A stretch of 64,000 nucleotides of DNA, from contig OZ243913.1 in assembly GCA_965213705.1 (NCBI GenBank), forward strand, positions 3,136,001 through 3,200,000. Direction: 5' to 3'. Below the pieces are notes generated by a model that saw only the letters and a program-made list of their open reading frames with translations, searched no databases and was not told where the DNA came from. This document shows positions 50,930 through 60,525 of this stretch, in pieces. Position numbers and translations under genes: made by a program. Within the stretch, counting starts at the first letter, position 1; every line of letters begins with the position of its first letter. The DNA is from Trueperaceae bacterium (GTDB lineage Bacteria > Deinococcota > Deinococci > Deinococcales > Trueperaceae).

Positions 50930-52102
50930 CTACGCCCCCGCCTCGAGCCGCAACCCGTCCAAGCGCCGCACCCACTGCGCTGGCTCGCGGATTTCGGGCA
51001 GGGTGGGCAGGTTGACGGGTCGTTCCCACACGCGGTTCAAAAAGTCCAGGCCGCGCTGCGCGACGACCGCGTTGACAAACGCCTCGCCCTCTTTGTACTG
51101 GGCACGTTTTAAGTCCATGCCCATAAGGCGCTCCAACCCTTCTTCCAAAGCGGAACGCTCGGCCTTTTTGGCCTTGACCTGCCGCTCGATTTCGCTGAAA
51201 CTTGGTAGCAGGCGTTCGCCGAGCACGTTCATCACGTGGTCGGAGTAGCCCTCGACCAAGGACATGAGCGCTTGCAGTTGCTCGAACAGGGAGCGCTCTT
51301 CGGCGCTCATGAGCCAGGTCAAGGGGTGGCGCTCGAGCGACGCGCCCCGCGCCAGGCGTTTTAGGAGCGACCCCAAACCCACGCCCTGCTCGGCCAACTG
51401 GGCGGTCATAAGCCTCAAAAACTCGCTCAACAACGCGCTGAAGTGGTCGCGCACCCAAGGATGGGCCTCGAACTCGAACACGTGCGTGACCTCGTGCAGG
51501 GCTATCCAGTAGCGGAACTCGTCGCTCAAGCCTAGTTGCTGTTGCAAACGGGCGATGTTCGGTTCGACAAAGTAGAGCGTGCCCTGGTTTTTGGGCTCGG
51601 GCGACAGGAGGCCGAGTTCGTACTGGCCCAGCACGCGCCGCGCCAGGTAGCCGAACATGCCGCCCAGCTGCACGCCCGCCACGGGGGCGTCGAGTTTGCT
51701 GCCGCGGCCCTGGGCGTAGAGGTCGGCGTAGAGGTCCTCGAGTGGCCCCAGCATGTGGGCCAGGGTCGCAAAGTTGGCGCTCAGCCACTCCTTGCGGTCG
51801 ACCACGACCACGCTGTCGATGGATACCGGCAAGGCGACGCCCAAGTAGTCACGGATGGCGGCCTCGCTCTGCTGCGAAAACGCCAGGTACTCGGCCTCAC
51901 GCGCGCGGCGGTCCGTGACCGGGTGCTGGTCCCAGCTTGAGACACGCAGGGCTACCCGGCGGGCGCGGGCCCAGTCGATAGGGCCGGGGTTGACGCTCGG
52001 CTCAGCGCGTTTCAACCGCTGCGCCACGTAACCCACGCCGACGCCCGCCGCCGCCCCGACGAGCAGGGGCAGACCCAAACGCTGCCAGTTTGTCTTAGCC
52101 AT
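50930..52102 (-). CDS. Zincin-like metalloprotease (DUF2342 type)
   Basis: RVLGQY, PNI, WIALHEVTH, MSLVEGYSDHVM, K.AQY..GE.FV. Confidence 0.8.
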   Translation of the reverse strand: MAKTNWQRLGLPLLVGAAAGVGVGYVAQRLKRAEPSVNPGPIDWARARRVALRVSSWDQHPVTDRRAREAEYLAFSQQSEAAIRDYLGVALPVSIDSVVVVDRKEWLSANFATLAHMLGPLEDLYADLYAQGRGSKLDAPVAGVQLGGMFGYLARRVLGQYELGLLSPEPKNQGTLYFVEPNIARLQQQLGLSDEFRYWIALHEVTHVFEFEAHPWVRDHFSALLSEFLRLMTAQLAEQGVGLGSLLKRLARGASLERHPLTWLMSAEERSLFEQLQALMSLVEGYSDHVMNVLGERLLPSFSEIERQVKAKKAERSALEEGLERLMGMDLKRAQYKEGEAFVNAVVAQRGLDFLNRVWERPVNLPTLPEIREPAQWVRRLDGLRLEAGA

Positions 52103-52517
52103 GAGAACTCCTTTGGTGATAGCTTAAGGTGATAGCTTAAGCGGTACACGCTTGCAGGGTACTCCTTCAAAAGTCGGAGCGCTGTCGGACGGCGTGACGG
52201 TGGGGCGACCGCGAGGCCCGCTTGCCCTACACCCTGTTGCCGCAAGGGAGCGGACGCGCTAAGGCAACCCTACGTTAAGAGCGCCGCCGGACGAACCGTT
52301 TTACACAGTCGAACGAGTTTGCGGTCACTCTGCGTGACGGTTGGGCAGGCTCGAGTCCGCACGAAACGAGCAGACCGCCTGAGCTATCGTTTCACACTCG
52401 TGGCCGTGAGCACGCGGAAAATGTCTCGAGCGGTTCGCAGTCAGGTTCTTGCGCGTCCCTTTAGGGTAACGAGGGTCGTCACCTCGGCGGCCTCCCGACA
52501 CAAGTGCGCCGTCGGCC

Positions 52518-53894
52518 TCACTCGTCTAAGTTTTTCAAAACGCTCTGGACGCCCTCGCTGTAGGTCGGGTGGACGAAGACGGCGTCTCGAGCCACCTGGT
52601 AGGGTACGTTCGCGTTCATGAGTGTGATGTAGGTGTGGACCATCTCCGCCCCCTCGGCGGCGATGACGGCGGCACCCAACAGGTGGTCGTTCGCGCCGTC
52701 GACAACCACCTTGATAAAGCCGCCCGGGCGCCCTTCTTCGCGTGCCCGGCCGTTGCTTTTCATGTCGTAGCGAGCGACCTTGACGGCCCTGCCCGTTTCT
52801 TTCGCCTCGCGTTCGGTCATGCCGACGCGCCCCAGTTGGGGGTCGACGAACACGGCGTAAGGAATGACGCGGTGAGTCGTGTGCGAGCCGTCGCCCAGGA
52901 TTTGCGATTCTAAAACGCGGTAGTCGTCGTAAGCGGTGTGCGTGAACATGGGTCCGCCGCGGATGTCGCCGGCGACCCACAAACCTTGAACGTTCGTCGC
53001 CAAGCGTTCGTCGACCTTGACAATGCCCTTGTCGCTCATTTCGGTGCCGACGGTCTCGAGCCCTAGGTCGTCCGTGTTGGGCTTGCGACCGGTTGCCACG
53101 AACAGGTGCGTACCCGTGACGGTACTCTCCTTACCGTCCCGCTCGAAAGTCAGGGTGACGCCGCCGTCGCTCGAGACCTTTTTGGCCTTGGCGTTCAACT
53201 CGAAGGTAATGCCCTCGTCTTCGAGGATTTCTTGCAGCTTCGCAGCCACGTCTTCGTCCTCGTGCGCGGCGACTTGTTCGTGCGACTCGACGACGGTGAC
53301 CCGCGCGCCCATGCGCCGGTAGAACTGACTCATCTCGAGCCCGATATAGCCGCCGCCCAAAATAATCAGGTGCTCGGGCAAGGTGGTGTGCTCGAGCCAG
53401 TTGCCCGAATGAATAAAGTCCAGCTTGTCCAGACCTTCGACCTTCGGGACAAGGCTGCGGGTGCCGGTATTCAGCACGACGCGCGTGGCCGCGACGCCCT
53501 CTTCACCGACGGTAAGCTCAAAACCCTCCGCCGCCTTGCCCGTCAGGCGCGCGTGACCGCGGAGGAGGGTGGGCGCGTCGTCGCCGCCGAACTTGTCTTG
53601 CAAACCGGTGCGCGACTCCTGCAAAATCGTCTTGGCGCGCTCCAAAACCGCTGCGAAGTCGACCCCTACTTCGGGGACGCGCAAGCCGTAGTCGGCCGCC
53701 CGCCGCGCGTCGTAGGCGAGCCGCGCCGAGGCGATGACGGCCTTGGTCGGCGTGCAGCCGAAGTTGACGCAACTCCCGCCCAAGTGTTCCCGCTCGGCGA
53801 GGGCGACCTTTTGGCCTTTTTTGGCGAGCGCTACGGCCAGCGGAATCCCTGCCTGACCCCCGCCGATGACGAGCGTATCGAATGTTCTTGGCAC
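52518..53894 (-). CDS. Pyridine nucleotide-disulfide oxidoreductase (MerA/LPD-like, no C-terminal Cys pair)
   Basis: IGGGQAG, GGSCVNFGCTPTK, GGGYIGLE, HPT. Confidence 0.88.
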   Translation of the reverse strand: MPRTFDTLVIGGGQAGIPLAVALAKKGQKVALAEREHLGGSCVNFGCTPTKAVIASARLAYDARRAADYGLRVPEVGVDFAAVLERAKTILQESRTGLQDKFGGDDAPTLLRGHARLTGKAAEGFELTVGEEGVAATRVVLNTGTRSLVPKVEGLDKLDFIHSGNWLEHTTLPEHLIILGGGYIGLEMSQFYRRMGARVTVVESHEQVAAHEDEDVAAKLQEILEDEGITFELNAKAKKVSSDGGVTLTFERDGKESTVTGTHLFVATGRKPNTDDLGLETVGTEMSDKGIVKVDERLATNVQGLWVAGDIRGGPMFTHTAYDDYRVLESQILGDGSHTTHRVIPYAVFVDPQLGRVGMTEREAKETGRAVKVARYDMKSNGRAREEGRPGGFIKVVVDGANDHLLGAAVIAAEGAEMVHTYITLMNANVPYQVARDAVFVHPTYSEGVQSVLKNLDE

Positions 53895-54258
53895 GTTGAC
53901 AGTCCCTTCTGGTCTTTCCCCAGCGTCCGGCCTTCAGCTTACATTTTCTCAGCTTCGGTCGGTGCCGGCCTTCGTCGTGTTTTTGTCAACCGATGTTGTC
54001 AATTGTTGTTAACCGGTGTTGCGACCAAATTCTTGTAACCCGGTCACTTTCAGCATCGCCTTCAAACGTGCGGTTGGACTAGGGCGTTGCCGACAAACTT
54101 GCCGACAAACTCGCCGACGAAGCGGTGTAGGCTCGAGCCGGCCAAGGCCGCGGGCAAGAACCGCCCCTGAACAATCGCGCCTGACCAATCGCGTTTGTCT
54201 ACCAGCCGACAATGCAGCGCGCCCAAACCCGCGACACTTACTTTCAGGAGGCCACACC

Positions 54259-54543
54259 ATGCCCAAAGCAACCTGGAACGGCGCCGTGCTCGCCGAGAGC
54301 GACACGACCGTGACGGTCGAAGGCAACCACTACTTTCCGGCCGAGGCGCTGAACCGAGACCATTTCAAACCTTCGACTCAAACGAGCGTTTGCCCCTGGA
54401 AGGGCACCGCTAAGTACTACGACGTCGAGGTGGACGGCAAAACGAACGCGGGCGCGGCTTGGTACTACCCCGAACCCAAAGACGCCGCCACGAGCATCAA
54501 AGACCGCGTCGCCTTTTGGCGCGGGGTGAGCGTCGAAGACTAA
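54259..54543 (+). CDS. DUF427 family protein
   Basis: VEGNHYFP, CPWKG.A.YY, AAWYYPEPK, VAFW. Confidence 0.88.
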   Translation: MPKATWNGAVLAESDTTVTVEGNHYFPAEALNRDHFKPSTQTSVCPWKGTAKYYDVEVDGKTNAGAAWYYPEPKDAATSIKDRVAFWRGVSVED

Positions 54544-54608
54544 ACGAGCGTGAGGCAGCGGCGGGTCACGGACGGCGGGTCACCGTCACACGACACGAGG
54601 TTGTCGCC

Positions 54609-55004
54609 GTGAACGTAAGCGCCGTTCGCCTCAAACCCGGCGACGACCTCCGGGCTTCCTTGTTGGCGCGCTGCACCGAGCAGGGTGTCGAGGCCGCCTG
54701 TGTGCTGACCTGCGTCGGCAGCTTGGAGCGAGCCGTCGTCCGCTTCGCCGACGCGTCCGCCGGAACGGTCTTGACGGGAAAGCTCGAGATTCTCACGCTT
54801 TCGGGTACGCTGTCGCGGCACGGTGCGCACCTGCACATCTGCGTGGCCGACAAGAACGGCCGCGTTCGCGGAGGTCACCTGCTGGACGGCTCGACCGTTT
54901 ACACGACGGCGGAAACCGTCCTCGGCATCCTGCCGGGCGTGTTCAGACGCGAGTTCGACCCGGCGACGGGCTACCCGGAACTCGTCGTCGAAGACTGGTT
55001 CTAG
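54609..55004 (+). CDS. PPC/DUF296 domain protein
   Basis: RLKPGDDL, CVGSL, EIL.LSGT, HLHI, GGHL, TTAE; start uncertain. Confidence 0.85.
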   Translation: MNVSAVRLKPGDDLRASLLARCTEQGVEAACVLTCVGSLERAVVRFADASAGTVLTGKLEILTLSGTLSRHGAHLHICVADKNGRVRGGHLLDGSTVYTTAETVLGILPGVFRREFDPATGYPELVVEDWF

Positions 55005-55184
55005 GCATCGCCCCGGCGGAACGTTACGCCAAGTTCGGGGCGTGAACGGGACACTTTTTGTGCAGGTTTTTTGCAACGCTCGCGGTTTGTGACGCGTCTT
55101 GCAGGATACCCCACACGGGTATTGAAGTGTACAGACGCTTCGGGGCCCGGATGGTAGGCTGAGGGCAGTTTGTAGGAGGTAAAC

Positions 55185-56177
55185 GTGGCTAAATCCGAAC
55201 ATCATTACGACCTCGCCATTATCGGTGGCGGTCCGGCCGGACTGACCGCTGGTATTTACGGCGGTCGCGGGCAACTCAGCGTCGTCGTCTTAGAAAAGGG
55301 CTTACCGGGTGGGCAAATCGCCCAAACGCAAGAGGTCGAAAACTACCCTGGGTTTCCCGACGTTGTCAGCGGCCCCGAGCTGTCGCAGCGCATGGTGCAA
55401 CAAGCCGAAAAGTTCGGCGCGAAAATCGTTATGGAAGAGGTAACCGGGCTCGAGCGCCGACCCGGCGGCGGTTTCACTGTCAAGGGTTACGAGGCCGACT
55501 ACGTCGCCAAAACCGTCGTCATCGCTACGGGCGCGAACCCGCGCCGCTTGGACGTGCCCGGCGAGGACGAGTTCTACGGGCGCGGCGTGTCCACCTGCGC
55601 CACCTGTGACGGCTTTTTTTACCGGGGCAAAGAGGTCGTCGTCGTCGGCGGCGGCGACGCGGCGGTCGAAGAGGGAATGTTTTTGACCAAGTTTGCCGAC
55701 AAGGTCACCGTCGTTCACCGCCGCAGCGAACTGCGGGCCAACAAAGAAGCGCAGAAACGCGCCTTTGCCAACCCCAAGATGCACTGGCTTTGGAACACGG
55801 TCGTCGAGGAAGTTCTGGGGGAGGCCGGCCAGGTGGTCGGCGTCCGCACCCGCAACACGGAAACCGGCGACGAGAGCGTCTTGAAAACCGACGGCGTGTT
55901 CGTCTACGTCGGGCACATTCCCAACACGGACTACCTAAAGGGCGTCGTGGCGCTGAACGACCACGGTTACGTCGACGTCAAAAACGAAATCTTTACCGAT
56001 GTTGAAGGCATCTTCGCGGCTGGAGACGTGTCGGACGAGGTTTACCGGCAACTCTCGACGAGTGTGGGGGCCGGGACTCGAGCCGCGATGGCGGCCGAGC
56101 GCTGGCTCGCCGAGCAACCCGGCGAAGACGTGGTGGTAAGCGAGTGGCTCGACACGAGTGCGCGCGTCGGAGCCTGA
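55185..56177 (+). CDS. trxB: Thioredoxin reductase
   Basis: [35 protein letters not shown]. Confidence 0.95.
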   Translation: MAKSEHHYDLAIIGGGPAGLTAGIYGGRGQLSVVVLEKGLPGGQIAQTQEVENYPGFPDVVSGPELSQRMVQQAEKFGAKIVMEEVTGLERRPGGGFTVKGYEADYVAKTVVIATGANPRRLDVPGEDEFYGRGVSTCATCDGFFYRGKEVVVVGGGDAAVEEGMFLTKFADKVTVVHRRSELRANKEAQKRAFANPKMHWLWNTVVEEVLGEAGQVVGVRTRNTETGDESVLKTDGVFVYVGHIPNTDYLKGVVALNDHGYVDVKNEIFTDVEGIFAAGDVSDEVYRQLSTSVGAGTRAAMAAERWLAEQPGEDVVVSEWLDTSARVGA

Positions 56178-56249
56178 GCGTACCGACGGCCTTGTTCACG
56201 GCAACCCGCTTTCAACGAACCTGTCGGTAAGCAGTGGTAGGGCACGAGC

Positions 56250-56282
56250 AAGCCCGAGAAACCTAAAGGGTTTCTCGGGCTT
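56250..56282. terminator. Hairpin downstream of trxB
   Basis: AAGCCCGAGAAACC / GGTTTCTCGGGCTT 14-bp inverted repeat. Confidence 0.65.
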
Positions 56283-56402
56283 CGCCCGTTACCAAACTCC
56301 CCGCTCGGTCCTGAAAACCCCTGGTCGCTAGGACCCTTCGACACCCTACATACTGACACTTTCGTGACACTCTCCAGCCGTCCCAGAGCCTAAAATGAGG
56401 AC

Positions 56403-57527
56403 ATGAACCAAGGACCGACCGGCATCGTCATGATGAATTTGGGAGGGCCGAAAAACCTCGACGAGGTTCAGCCTTTCTTGCTCAAACTGTTCGAAGACCG
56501 CGAAATCATCCAACTGCCCGTGCAAAAATACCTGGGACCGTTTATTGCCAAGCGCCGCACCAAGAGCGTGCAACAAAACTACGCCGACATCGGCGGCGGC
56601 TCGCCCATCCTGAAGTGGACCGAAGCGCAGGGCCGCGGCATGGTCGAACGCCTGGACTTTCTAAGCCCGGAGACCGCTCCGCACAAGTTTTACGTGGCGT
56701 TTCGCTACGTTCACCCGTTTAGCGAAGACGCGCTGCAAACCATGAAGGCCGACGGGGTGAAACGCGCCGTCGCTTTTACCCAGTACCCGCAGTTTTCCTG
56801 CTCGACGACGGGCTCGTCTTTGAACGAACTGTGGCGGGCGGCGCGGCGGGTGGGGCTGCAGGACGCGTTTGAATGGAGCGTCATCGACCGCTGGCCCACA
56901 CATCCGCGCTTTATCGAGGCGATGACCGAGACGGTCAAACAGGGTTTGCAGCAGTTCGACGAACAAGAGCGCGACGACGTGCTGATTTTGTTCAGCGCGC
57001 ACTCGCTGCCGCTCGACGTTATCAACCGGGGCGACGCCTACCCGGCCGAAATCGGCGCGACGGTTCACGAGGTGATGAAGCGGCTCGAGTACGGCCACGA
57101 ATACCTACTCGCCTACCAGTCGGACGTGGGGCCGGTGCCCTGGCTCGGGCCGAGCACCGAAACCGTGATTGAGGACTTGGGCGCGAAAAAGCGCAAAAAC
57201 GTCCTCGTCGTCGGGATAGCCTTTACGAGCGACCACATCGAAACGCTCCACGAACTCGACATCGAGTACGGCGAACTCGCGCACGAGGCGGGCATCACCA
57301 ACTACCGACGTGCGCCCGCGCTGAACGGGCTGCCGCTGTTCCAGGACGCGCTGGCCGACGTCGTGTTGGAGCACCTGCAAAGCGGCGAAGCCTGCACCAA
57401 ACAGTACGGCCTCCGCTGCCCCGGCTGCGTCAACCCGCAGTGCCGCAATATCCTGAACCCAGTTGCCCCCTACAAGCGTTCGAACGTGAGCGCGTCGAAG
57501 AAGAACAAAGAGTATCAGGCAGTTTAA
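56403..57527 (+). CDS. hemH: Ferrochelatase, animal-type with [2Fe-2S] ligands
   Basis: NLGGP, IGGGSPI, YPQFSCSTTGSSLN, FSAHSLP, WLGP, FTSDHIETL.ELDIEY, C-terminal CPGCVNPQC. Confidence 0.93.
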   Translation: MNQGPTGIVMMNLGGPKNLDEVQPFLLKLFEDREIIQLPVQKYLGPFIAKRRTKSVQQNYADIGGGSPILKWTEAQGRGMVERLDFLSPETAPHKFYVAFRYVHPFSEDALQTMKADGVKRAVAFTQYPQFSCSTTGSSLNELWRAARRVGLQDAFEWSVIDRWPTHPRFIEAMTETVKQGLQQFDEQERDDVLILFSAHSLPLDVINRGDAYPAEIGATVHEVMKRLEYGHEYLLAYQSDVGPVPWLGPSTETVIEDLGAKKRKNVLVVGIAFTSDHIETLHELDIEYGELAHEAGITNYRRAPALNGLPLFQDALADVVLEHLQSGEACTKQYGLRCPGCVNPQCRNILNPVAPYKRSNVSASKKNKEYQAV

Positions 57528-57528
57528 T

Positions 57529-57578
57529 GAGGGGGAAGGAGGGGGTAAAACCAAAAACCTTTACTTCCCACCTTCTCT
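57529..57578. repeat. Degenerate copy of the 24988-25045 palindrome
   Basis: GGGGAAGGAGGGGGTAAAA-CCAAAAAC-CTTTACTTCCCACCTTCTC between convergent genes. Confidence 0.5.
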
Positions 57579-57597
57579 TTATCCCATTTTCCCGTTT

Positions 57598-58158
57598 TCA
57601 ACCCTCCACTCGCCAATACGCACCGCCCCCGCCTTCGCGCGCCATGAGACCGAAGTCTACGAAGCTGCGCCTCATGCGGGCGGTGTCTTCGTTGTAGCGC
57701 TTGAGCACCACATTGACCTCGCGCTCGCTGTAGCGCTTGCCCGTTTCGAACGCCTCCAAAACGTAGCGCAAGATGACGAGATACTTTTTCTGTTGCGTCG
57801 GAAAAGCGGTCACCTCGCCGTTGGGACCTGTGAACGTTTGTAGAACTTTGCGTTCAAAGGCGCTCAAATCTACGTCGCCGGCTAAGTCGGGCAGTTTTTC
57901 CTCCTCAAAGGCAGTCTTCGCCACGTCTTGCAGCACCTGCGTTTGTAAGTGGTAGAGGCGATAGTGCCCGTCCGTTTTGGCCTCGACCAGGCCGACGTCG
58001 GCAAGACGGCGTAGGTGGTGGCTCGTGGTGGAGTCGCGCAGCTCGAGCAACTCCGCTAACTCCTCGACGCTGCGGGGTTCGTGGGCCAACAAACCGACTA
58101 TTTTCAGGCGGTTCGCATCTGCTAGGGCTTTAAAAAGGGACAACACTTCGGGCTGCAT
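57598..58158 (-). CDS. ArsR-family regulator with DUF2087 domain
   Basis: FKALAD.NRL.I, S..SHHL..L..GLV; C-terminal Y.E.EVN..L....D.A..RR..VD.G. Confidence 0.85.
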   Translation of the reverse strand: MQPEVLSLFKALADANRLKIVGLLAHEPRSVEELAELLELRDSTTSHHLRRLADVGLVEAKTDGHYRLYHLQTQVLQDVAKTAFEEEKLPDLAGDVDLSAFERKVLQTFTGPNGEVTAFPTQQKKYLVILRYVLEAFETGKRYSEREVNVVLKRYNEDTARMRRSFVDFGLMAREGGGGAYWRVEG

Positions 58159-58307
58159 GTTGGTACTCCGTTTCGACACGCATAACATCAATTAGATGTA
58201 TATCAAGATGATTCTATATCAATTGGTTAGCTCACGCAAGTCTCGGTGAGTTCTATGCCAAAGTTTGAAGGTTTTATCGCCAGTTGTAATTGAGCTAAAC
58301 TGTTTGC

Positions 58308-58856
58308 ATGATTAAGCCTCTGCAAAGCGTTCTGAGTGCTGACGAGTACCTCGAGTTGGAAAAGTCGAGTGAAGAGCGGCATGAGTATGTAGAAGGTCGC
58401 CTCTATGCGCTGGCGGGCGGGAGCGGGCGTCACAACCGTATCTCCCTGAACATTGCGGCAGCTTTTTTGGCCGTGGCGTCGTCAAAGTGCCGCGTTTATC
58501 AGGAAGGCATGAAGTTACAAGTAGGCGAGACGGTTTTCTATTACCCTGATGTGATGGTCGTGTGTGACAAAGAAGAACCCGACCCCTATTTTGAGACCGA
58601 GCCCTGTATTTTGGTCGAGGTTCTCTCACCCAGTACCAAACACATCGACGTGCGCGAGAAAATGCTCGAGTACAAGCGCTTGCCCAACTTGCAGACTTAC
58701 CTTATCGTCGACCCGGACAGTTTGTTCGTGCGGCACTTGTGGCGTGACGCCGAAGGCGACTGGCAACAGCAAGACGTTACCGGCAGCGGCGACCTCGCCA
58801 TGCCGTGTTTGGGTACGTCGTTGAAGCTGTCGCAAATCTACCGAGGTGTGTTTTAG
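58308..58856 (+). CDS. Uma2 family endonuclease
   Basis: RHEYVEG...A.AGGS..HN.I, YYPDVMV.C, VEVLSPST...D..EK...Y. Confidence 0.9.
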   Translation: MIKPLQSVLSADEYLELEKSSEERHEYVEGRLYALAGGSGRHNRISLNIAAAFLAVASSKCRVYQEGMKLQVGETVFYYPDVMVVCDKEEPDPYFETEPCILVEVLSPSTKHIDVREKMLEYKRLPNLQTYLIVDPDSLFVRHLWRDAEGDWQQQDVTGSGDLAMPCLGTSLKLSQIYRGVF

Positions 58857-58899
58857 CGCGAGAAAGACCAAGTCCGTCCCACGCTTTTTAAGTAAAGGG

Positions 58900-60378
58900 T
58901 CAAGCTGTCCTCGAGCCCAAAAACTCTACCAACAACCGCACGCCGAAACCCGTTCCGCCTTTGGTGGTGTAACCGCCGCCCTTGTCGGCGAGCGCCATCC
59001 CGGCGATGTCGAGGTGCGCCCAGGGGTAGTTTGTGAACTCCTGCAGAAAAACGGCCGAGGTGCCCACGCCGCCCGTCCGGCCACCGGTGTTTTTGATGTC
59101 GGCCACGTCGGAATTGATGGTCTTTCGGTAGTCCTCGTAGAGCGGCAGGGGCCAGACGCGCTCGAAACTGTGCGTACCCGCCGCGACCAGGGCGTCTTTT
59201 AGGGCGTCGTCGGTGCTGAACAAACCCGCCGCCACGCCCTTGCCGAGCGAGATGACGGCGGAGCCGGTCAGTGTCGCCAAGTCGATGACGAGGCTCGGGC
59301 TGTAGCGCTCGGCGTAAACGAGGGCGTCGGCCAAAATCATGCGGCCCTCGGCGTCGGTGCTGATAATTTCGATGGTCTTGCCGTTGCTGGCCCGAATCAC
59401 GTCGGCGGGGTGGTAAGCGTTCGCGTCGGGCATGTTTTCGGTCGAGGGGACGATGCCGACGACGTGCAGGGGCAAGTCCAATTCCCCGACCGCCCGCATC
59501 GCGCCCAGCACCGCCGCCGCGCCGCCCATGTCGGACTTCATCGCGCCCATGTTGGCGCTGGGTTTGATGCTGATGCCGCCGGTGTCGAAGGTGACGCCTT
59601 TGCCGACCAAGACGACGGTCTCGAGGTTCTCACCGCTAGCCCCGTGCTCGAGCACGATGAACTTCGGCTCCTCGCCCGCGCCCTTGGCGACGGCCAAAAA
59701 TGCGCCCATGTCGCGTTCTGCGGCCCAGGCCCGGTCACCGACAGTCAGTTCGAAGCCGTACTGCTCAGCCATCTCTGCGGCGACCGCAGCAAGCTTGCTC
59801 GGCGTGGCGACGTTCGGCGGCATGTTGACGAGGTCACGCGCCAAGTAAACGCCCGCCGCCACAGCTTGCGCCGTCTTCACGCCCGCTTCGACCGCGCTCA
59901 AGTCGTCTTCGGTTACGACGGTCAAGGCAGAAAGTTCGTTCGTTTCCTCTTTTTGCTTGTCGGCGTCGAAGCGGTACACCGCCAGCAGCGCGCCCTCGGC
60001 GGTCGCCTGCGCTGCGGCTTTGGGCTCGAGGTCTGCGCCGTGAACAATGCTGGCGACGTGCTTGCCGTTCAGCTTGCGCGCCCGCTTGACAGCGGCGGCC
60101 GAGGCCTTGCGGACGGTTTCTAAGTCCAGCTTGTCCCGCTCGCCCAACCCGACGACGACGACGCGCTTGGCCGTGAGCGCCCCACGCGGGTAGAGCACAG
60201 TTACCTCGCCCGTTTCACCCTTAAAGTCGCCCTCGCTGACGCGTTCGCGCAACGCGCCGCCCAACGTCTCGTCTACCTCACTCGCCGCGCCCTCCAAACC
60301 GCCGTCCTTGAAAACGCTGACGACGAGGGTGTCCGCTTCGGTTTCGTGGATTTTTCCTGTGACTGTTTTGATGTCCAT
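58900..60378 (-). CDS. pepA: Leucyl aminopeptidase (M17)
   Basis: VGKGVTFDTGG, MKSDMGG, TDAEGR, DLATLTG, WAHLDIAG. Confidence 0.93.
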   Translation of the reverse strand: MDIKTVTGKIHETEADTLVVSVFKDGGLEGAASEVDETLGGALRERVSEGDFKGETGEVTVLYPRGALTAKRVVVVGLGERDKLDLETVRKASAAAVKRARKLNGKHVASIVHGADLEPKAAAQATAEGALLAVYRFDADKQKEETNELSALTVVTEDDLSAVEAGVKTAQAVAAGVYLARDLVNMPPNVATPSKLAAVAAEMAEQYGFELTVGDRAWAAERDMGAFLAVAKGAGEEPKFIVLEHGASGENLETVVLVGKGVTFDTGGISIKPSANMGAMKSDMGGAAAVLGAMRAVGELDLPLHVVGIVPSTENMPDANAYHPADVIRASNGKTIEIISTDAEGRMILADALVYAERYSPSLVIDLATLTGSAVISLGKGVAAGLFSTDDALKDALVAAGTHSFERVWPLPLYEDYRKTINSDVADIKNTGGRTGGVGTSAVFLQEFTNYPWAHLDIAGMALADKGGGYTTKGGTGFGVRLLVEFLGSRTA

Positions 60379-60525
60379 GTGAACCTCCAAATGTGCGCAC
60401 GCTACCACGAGGTTCATTCTTCGACTGAAAGACGCAACGATTTCGGCATCATTCCCTCACCCTGGTTCAGCCTCACTTGGCTCGGTATACTTTAAACCGA
60501 GCTTCACAGGGTCAGGGAGGACGAA

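Noticed and set aside
52103..52517. 400-bp intergenic region as an ncRNA or small gene
   Set aside because: No convincing promoter, terminator, structure or coding signal seen.
52518..53894. Mercuric reductase MerA / mercury resistance
   Set aside because: No C-terminal Cys-Cys pair, no NmerA domain and no mer operon genes.
58230..58268. Possible Uma2 C-terminal remnant (SLGEFYAKV*)
   Set aside because: Too short to distinguish from chance.
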